A stretch of DNA of 64,000 nt from an uncultured Gemmatimonadales bacterium (GTDB lineage: Bacteria > Gemmatimonadota > Gemmatimonadetes > Gemmatimonadales > GWC2-71-9), in assembly GCA_963730915.1 (NCBI GenBank), contig CAVSTR010000003.1, positions 426,493 through 490,492 of the forward strand. Reading direction: 5' to 3'. This document shows, in pieces, positions 59,167-64,000 of the stretch (its first letter is position 1; every line of letters begins with the position of its first letter). The position numbers and the translations under genes were made by a program. A model generated the notes under the pieces. It was not told where the DNA came from and searched no databases. It saw nothing but the letters and a program-made list of their open reading frames with translations.

Positions 59167-60081
59167 CGGAGAATGATCCGGGCGGTGTCCGAACCGAGCC
59201 ACCGCGCGAAGGTTCTCCAGCCGATCGAGTGCCATCAGATGGATCGAGTCGGATTGAATGCCGTCGGAGACAACAGTTTGATACGCCAACGCACCTCCCA
59301 GGGTGTCGCCCAGGCGAAGCCGCGCATCACCGTAGCCGACCAGTGCCCGCCGACCGACCGTTGTGCTGGAATCGATACGGATGCTGGCCGCAAACCAGCG
59401 CGCGGCGTTGTCGGGCTCACCCATGGCCTCCGAGCGCAGGCCCATCCACAGGGAGCAGACAGCGACCCCTTCCTCGGCGCGAGCACGCAATGAGGCCAGC
59501 TTCGTCCGCCGCAGCCCAGCCTGGTATGCACCTAATGCCTCACCACACCCGCTCGTTTCACGTAGCGCAGTGCCGTAGACCACGAGGAGCGAATCGACGG
59601 TCTCCGGATCGGGCGCCACCGCGATAGCACCCGGCAGCACAGCGACGAGGTCGGTTGCCTCGGCACCGGGCCGCCGTATCAGTTCCAGGGCATAGCGGCC
59701 AATGGAGCGGTCCGGCGCGATAGCACCCATCCCGACGACCGCTGCCTGAAGGCGCTTGGTATCGCCGGCCCGTTCAGCGGCACGGGCTACGGCTTCCAGT
59801 CCCTCGGCTGCCTCCTCTGCCCGCGTGGGATCCTCGGCGGCGAGTCTGAGGTATGCATCGGAGGCTACTTCTAGATTGCTGGTACGGAGCGCCGCCGCAC
59901 CGGCCTTCGCCCAAATCCGCGCGTCGGGATCGTCAGCGAGCACCTGCCGATACTCGGTGAGCGCCTCCGCGTAGCGCCCCTCTCCGTAGGCCCGGTCACC
60001 CGATCGCTCGCGGTCTCCGGCACCTCCGCACGCTGCTACACATACGACCAATATGGCCTGCGTCGAGCGGTACAGCCTCAC
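59167..60081 (-). CDS. hypothetical lipoprotein (helical/TPR-like); stop codon not resolved
   Basis: The GTG at 60079-60081 overlaps the upstream stop (GTGA). Starts VRLYRSTQAILVVCVAACGG (lipobox). As sequenced it reads in frame into bamD with no stop codon. Confidence 0.5.
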
Positions 60082-60785
60082 TGACCCGCCCGTTCGAGCA
60101 TGGCAAGGTAGGCCTCGACTCTCGCGTTCTCCGGGCGACGCGCCAGACACGCCTCCCAGACGGATCGGGCGCCGCCGGCATCGCCGGACAGATAGTGAGC
60201 CAGTCCCAGCGCCGCTTCGGCGTCGACGAAGTTCGGGTTGGCGCGTACCACCTGCTCCAACGCTTCCCTGGCTTCCAAGGGCCGACCTGCTTCCAGCAGA
60301 AGCCGACCCATGCGATACCGGAGATCGTGGAACTCGGGGCCCAGCTCGAGCGCAGCTTCATACTGCTCGATGGCGCGGCTGACCGCGCCGGCAGCGGCGT
60401 AGTCTTCTGCGAGCTCCGCGTGCCGGTTGGCAAGCTGGGATGCGACCGGCGTCGGAAGTCCCGCGGTGGGGCGCGACAGTTGCTCCGAGGCCCGGCCGAA
60501 TGCCTCCTGCGCTTCATCAGTCCGGCCCAGCTCATTCAGTACCAGACCCTGATGAATCAGCGCCTCTACGTACTTCGGGTTCAGCTCCAGAGCCCGGTCG
60601 AGCTCGCCCAGGGCCCGGTCGCTCTGCCCGAGGAGCGAGAGTGATACACCGAGCAGGTGGTGAACGTCGGCAAAGGCTCGTCCAGAATCGACCACCGACT
60701 CGAGCAGGTGTACGGCACCATAGTAATCCTGCACGACGAATCGCTCCCGGGCCCGTGCCAGCAGGAGCTCAGTCTGAACGGCCAT
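60078..60785 (-). CDS. TPR-repeat protein
   Basis: The ATG at 60783-60785 is preceded by GGGAGG. TPR signatures are present throughout (AIEQYEAALELGPEF, ALGLAHYLSGDAGGA). Confidence 0.7.
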   Translation of the reverse strand: MAVQTELLLARARERFVVQDYYGAVHLLESVVDSGRAFADVHHLLGVSLSLLGQSDRALGELDRALELNPKYVEALIHQGLVLNELGRTDEAQEAFGRASEQLSRPTAGLPTPVASQLANRHAELAEDYAAAGAVSRAIEQYEAALELGPEFHDLRYRMGRLLLEAGRPLEAREALEQVVRANPNFVDAEAALGLAHYLSGDAGGARSVWEACLARRPENARVEAYLAMLERAGQ

Positions 60786-61737
60786 AGGCCTCCCGAAACC
60801 ATCGGATGAATCGGCGAATGCCATCAGGGAAGGGCGTCTTCGGCGCGTATCCGAGCACTGCGCCGGATTTGGTCAAATCCGCAGCCGTTTGCTGCACGTC
60901 ACCCGGCTGCATGGGAGCCCACTCGATCCGAGGCTTGATCCCAAGTGCGCGGGCAATCTCACCCACCATGGCTTCAGTGGGGATCGAGCGATTTCCTCCA
61001 AGATTGAAGTGCTCGACCCCAATATTCGCTGTCGCTGTCCAGTCGATCGCGGCAATCACACCGGCAATGATATCGTCGCAGTAGGTATAGTCGCGTGCCT
61101 GGGTTCCATCTCCGAAGAGGGTCAGCGTCTGCCCGGCAACCATCTTCCGGGCAAACGAATGAATCGCCAGGTCGGGCCGTTGCCGCGGGCCATACACGGT
61201 GAAGAACCGCAGGGATGCCGTCTTGAAGCCATAGATCGGAGCCACCGAGCTCAGAAACAGCTCTCCGGCGCGCTTGGTTGCGGCATACGGTGACACGGGG
61301 ACGATCGCCACCGCGTCTTCCCTGAAAGGAGCCGGGGTGCTGTCGCCGTATACCGAGGACGACGACCCGAATACGATTCGGCTGACACCAGCTTGCCGGG
61401 CCGCCTCGAGCACCGCCGCCGTTCCGGTGACGTTTGCCCGAGCGTAGCCGACCGGGTCTGCCAGCGACGGACGTACTCCCGCCTTTGCCGCCAGGTGAAC
61501 GATGACCGTTTCGGGCGTGAGGAGTGTGCGCAGTGCGGGAACGTCGAGCATGTCCTGCTCACGAAAGGAAAACCCGGGGCGGGCACCGACCTCCGCCAGG
61601 TTCCGCTCCTTCATGGCACGGGGATAAAAAGCGTCGAAGTTGTCGACGCCCACGACCTCGTTGCCCTGAGTTGATAGCGCCTCGACCAGATGAGAGCCGA
61701 TAAAACCGGCCGCACCGGTCACCAGCACCCGGCTCAC
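60769..61737 (-). CDS. NAD-dependent epimerase/dehydratase (UDP-glucuronate 4-epimerase-like)
   Basis: The GTG at 61735-61737 overlaps the ugd stop (GTGA). Contains VSRVLVTGAAGFIGSHL and catalytic YAATKRAGE. Confidence 0.8.
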   Translation of the reverse strand: MSRVLVTGAAGFIGSHLVEALSTQGNEVVGVDNFDAFYPRAMKERNLAEVGARPGFSFREQDMLDVPALRTLLTPETVIVHLAAKAGVRPSLADPVGYARANVTGTAAVLEAARQAGVSRIVFGSSSSVYGDSTPAPFREDAVAIVPVSPYAATKRAGELFLSSVAPIYGFKTASLRFFTVYGPRQRPDLAIHSFARKMVAGQTLTLFGDGTQARDYTYCDDIIAGVIAAIDWTATANIGVEHFNLGGNRSIPTEAMVGEIARALGIKPRIEWAPMQPGDVQQTAADLTKSGAVLGYAPKTPFPDGIRRFIRWFREAYGRSD

Positions 61738-63044
61738 CTGCTGGCCCGGCCTATCCCATGGTATTCGAAGCCCAGTGCGGCCATACGCTCCGGATCGTAC
61801 AGATTCCGTCCGTCGATGAGTAGCGGCCGCCGCACCAGCTTCCGGACTCGCTCGAAGTCGGGATTGCGATACACCAGCCACTCGGTCATCACGATCAGCG
61901 CGTCGGCACCGTGTGCCGCACTATAGGGATCGGCCGCATACATCACCCGGTCTCCGAAAATGGTGCGGGCGGAGTCGGTGGCCTTGGGGTCGTGGGTCTG
62001 CACCCGGGCGCCGGCGCTCAGTAATCCTTCAATCAGCGGGATCGTGGGACTCTCGCGCATGTCGTCGGTCTCTGCCTTGAACGCCAATCCCCAGAGACCG
62101 ATGTTCTTTCCGTTCAGGTCCTGCCCGAGGTAGCGGAGTGTCTTCTGGAGCACGACTCGCTTCTGGCATTCGTTGACTTCCTCGACTGCCTTCAACACAT
62201 CCAGCGAGAGACCGAGATCGTCCGAGGTGCGTATCAACGCCTTGACGTCCTTCGGGAAGCAGGATCCGCCGTAACCCGGACCAGGATACAGAAACGCGCG
62301 TCCGATGCGCTGATCGGAGCCGATACCCAGACGCACGTGGTTGACATCGGCGCCAACCAGCTCGCAAAAGAGTGCGATCTGATTCATGAAGGAGATACGT
62401 GTGGCCAGCATCGCGTTGGCGGCGTACTTGGTTACCTCCGCGGACGCGATGTCCATGAAGAGTACCCGGTTGCCACCCTGACGCGTAAAGGGAGCGTACA
62501 GCTCACCCAGCACTTCTCTTGCCTCATCGTCGTCGACGCCTACGACAACGCGGTCGGGCTTCATGAAGTCCTCAATGGCTGCGCCTTCCTTGAGGAATTC
62601 CGGGTTGGAGCAGACGGCAAATGACACATTGGTTTCCGCCTTGACAGCAGCTCGCACCTTCTCCGCCGTTCCGACGGGCACGGTGGACTTGGTCACTACG
62701 ATCTTGGGCTCGTTCATGTGGCGACCAACCTGTTTGGCGACAGCCAAGACGTGCTTGAGGTCGGCGGATCCGTCCTCTCCGGGCGGGGTTCCCACCGCGA
62801 TGAACACGACGCGCGAGCTCCGTATCGCTGCGCCGATGTCGGTCGTGAATGTGAGGCGCCCCTCTTCCTGGTTACGCCTGACCATCGGTTCCAAACCAGG
62901 CTCATAGATCGGAACCTCGTTCCGCTGGAGGCGGGCGATCTTGTCGGCATCGACGTCCACGCACACCACGTCGTTGCCGGTCTCCGCGAAACATGCTCCG
63001 GCCACCAGGCCCACGTACCCGCTACCGATCACCGCCACGTGCAT
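61734..63044 (-). CDS. ugd: UDP-glucose 6-dehydrogenase
   Basis: 436-aa ORF with MHVAVIGSGYVGLV and the catalytic region GGSCFPKD. Confidence 0.93.
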   Translation of the reverse strand: MHVAVIGSGYVGLVAGACFAETGNDVVCVDVDADKIARLQRNEVPIYEPGLEPMVRRNQEEGRLTFTTDIGAAIRSSRVVFIAVGTPPGEDGSADLKHVLAVAKQVGRHMNEPKIVVTKSTVPVGTAEKVRAAVKAETNVSFAVCSNPEFLKEGAAIEDFMKPDRVVVGVDDDEAREVLGELYAPFTRQGGNRVLFMDIASAEVTKYAANAMLATRISFMNQIALFCELVGADVNHVRLGIGSDQRIGRAFLYPGPGYGGSCFPKDVKALIRTSDDLGLSLDVLKAVEEVNECQKRVVLQKTLRYLGQDLNGKNIGLWGLAFKAETDDMRESPTIPLIEGLLSAGARVQTHDPKATDSARTIFGDRVMYAADPYSAAHGADALIVMTEWLVYRNPDFERVRKLVRRPLLIDGRNLYDPERMAALGFEYHGIGRASR

Positions 63045-63045
63045 T

Positions 63046-64000
63046 TCAAGCCTCTTTCGGAATTGCGTTGCGTGTGTCGACTATCAGCTTTGCGTTGCGC
63101 TTGATCATTCGGTAGTCCACTGACGAATGATCGGTCACGATCATGATGCAGTCGACCGCGGCAACCCGCTCAGGTGTCAGCTCCACCGAGCGGAATTCAC
63201 GATTGTCCTCGCGAAAACGCGGCACGTGTGGGTCGAAGTAGGTGACCGTGGCCCCCTGGCCCTCGAGGAGGCGGATGATGTCCAGTGCCGGGCTTTCGCG
63301 GATGTCTTCGATGTCGCGCTTGTAGGCAACGCCGAGCACCAGGACGGAAGCACCCTGCACCGCCTTGCCCTGGCTATTGAGGGCCTCGGAAAGCTTCCGG
63401 ACCCAGAAGTACGGCATCTCGGTGTTGAGCTCTCCCGCGAGATCGATGAACCGGGTCTTGTAGTTGAGCCCGCGCATCTTCCACGCGAGGTAATGCGGAT
63501 CGATGGGGATGCAGTGGCCACCCAACCCGGGACCTGGTAAAAACTTCATGAAGCCGAACGGCTTGGTGGCCGCGGCCTCGATGACTTCCCAGACATTCAC
63601 TCCCAACTTGTCGCAGACGATCGCCATCTCGTTTACCAGGCCGATGTTCACGCTGCGGAAGGTGTTCTCCAGCAGCTTGACCAGCTCTGCCGCTTCCGTG
63701 GTGGACACCGGCACCAGCGTGTCGATGGCTGGCTGGTAGAGTGCCACCGCGACCCTCTGGCAATCGGCCGTGATTCCGCCGACGACTTTCGGTGTGTTCC
63801 TGGTGCCATACTTGGGATTTCCAGGATCCACACGCTCGGGACTGAAGGCGAGAAAGAAGTCCTGGCCCACGGTGAGGCCGGTGCTCTCCAGTGCCGGAAG
63901 GAGTATTTCACGGGTGGTGCCCGGATAAGTCGTGCTTTCGAGGACGATCGCCTGACCGCGCCGGAGGTGCTTCTTCACGGCCTCGGTGGCAGCGACGATG
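63046..64000 (-). CDS. nucleotide-sugar dehydrogenase (WecC/TviB-like), 3' part; gene starts beyond the right edge
   Basis: VLESTTYPGTTRE, FSPERVDPGN and GGHCIPIDP. The frame stays open to position 64000. Confidence 0.8.
   Translation of the reverse strand, partial: IVAATEAVKKHLRRGQAIVLESTTYPGTTREILLPALESTGLTVGQDFFLAFSPERVDPGNPKYGTRNTPKVVGGITADCQRVAVALYQPAIDTLVPVSTTEAAELVKLLENTFRSVNIGLVNEMAIVCDKLGVNVWEVIEAAATKPFGFMKFLPGPGLGGHCIPIDPHYLAWKMRGLNYKTRFIDLAGELNTEMPYFWVRKLSEALNSQGKAVQGASVLVLGVAYKRDIEDIRESPALDIIRLLEGQGATVTYFDPHVPRFREDNREFRSVELTPERVAAVDCIMIVTDHSSVDYRMIKRNAKLIVDTRNAIPKEA

Overview
High-GC Gram-negative bacterial chromosome segment. The lineage guess (Gemmatimonadota-like) is inference only. 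Almost everything is housekeeping on the minus strand, packed into near-gapless arrays joined by ATGA/GTGA start-stop overlaps. In coordinate order: ZIP transporter (partial), cca, asparaginase, SDR, gmhA-like, PHP phosphatase, alaS, recX, recA, yraN, a GxxExxY cassette, ftsK, comB-like, accC, pilT, accB, efp, pepP, aroQ, a TPR protein, ppiD-like (plus strand), tatA, ispB, a large TPR protein, hutH, a lipoprotein, an LptD-like OMP, tatC, cpoB, pal, tolB, tolA-like, tolR, tolQ, an epimerase, a LysM protein, ssb, rimI, tsaB, tsaE, uvrB, an EVE-domain protein, relA/spoT, radC, a head-to-head pair of Ser/Thr kinase-TPR paralogs, an OMP, tlpA, secA, nadD, bamD, TPR proteins, an epimerase, ugd and a wecC-like gene (partial). 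No rRNA, tRNA, CRISPR array or transposase was found. Two things stand out. (1) Five intergenic elements share one architecture: a tandem-octamer arm, a spacer, then the reverse-complement arm. Four of them start at or within about 25 nt of a stop codon, with the G-rich arm always nearest the upstream gene. The fifth carries an AT-richer GxxExxY (PD-(D/E)XK-like) gene as its spacer. (2) At least 40 apparent single-base frameshifts are spread very unevenly. There are none in 1-17000, and they are dense in 27.8-37 kb and 47.9-49.2 kb. They break essential genes (secA, tatC, tolB, pal, LptD-like), so they are most likely sequencing or assembly indels. They create several chimeric ORFs in the supplied ORF track. 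Genes that are disrupted as sequenced are typed pseudogene below, with that caveat.
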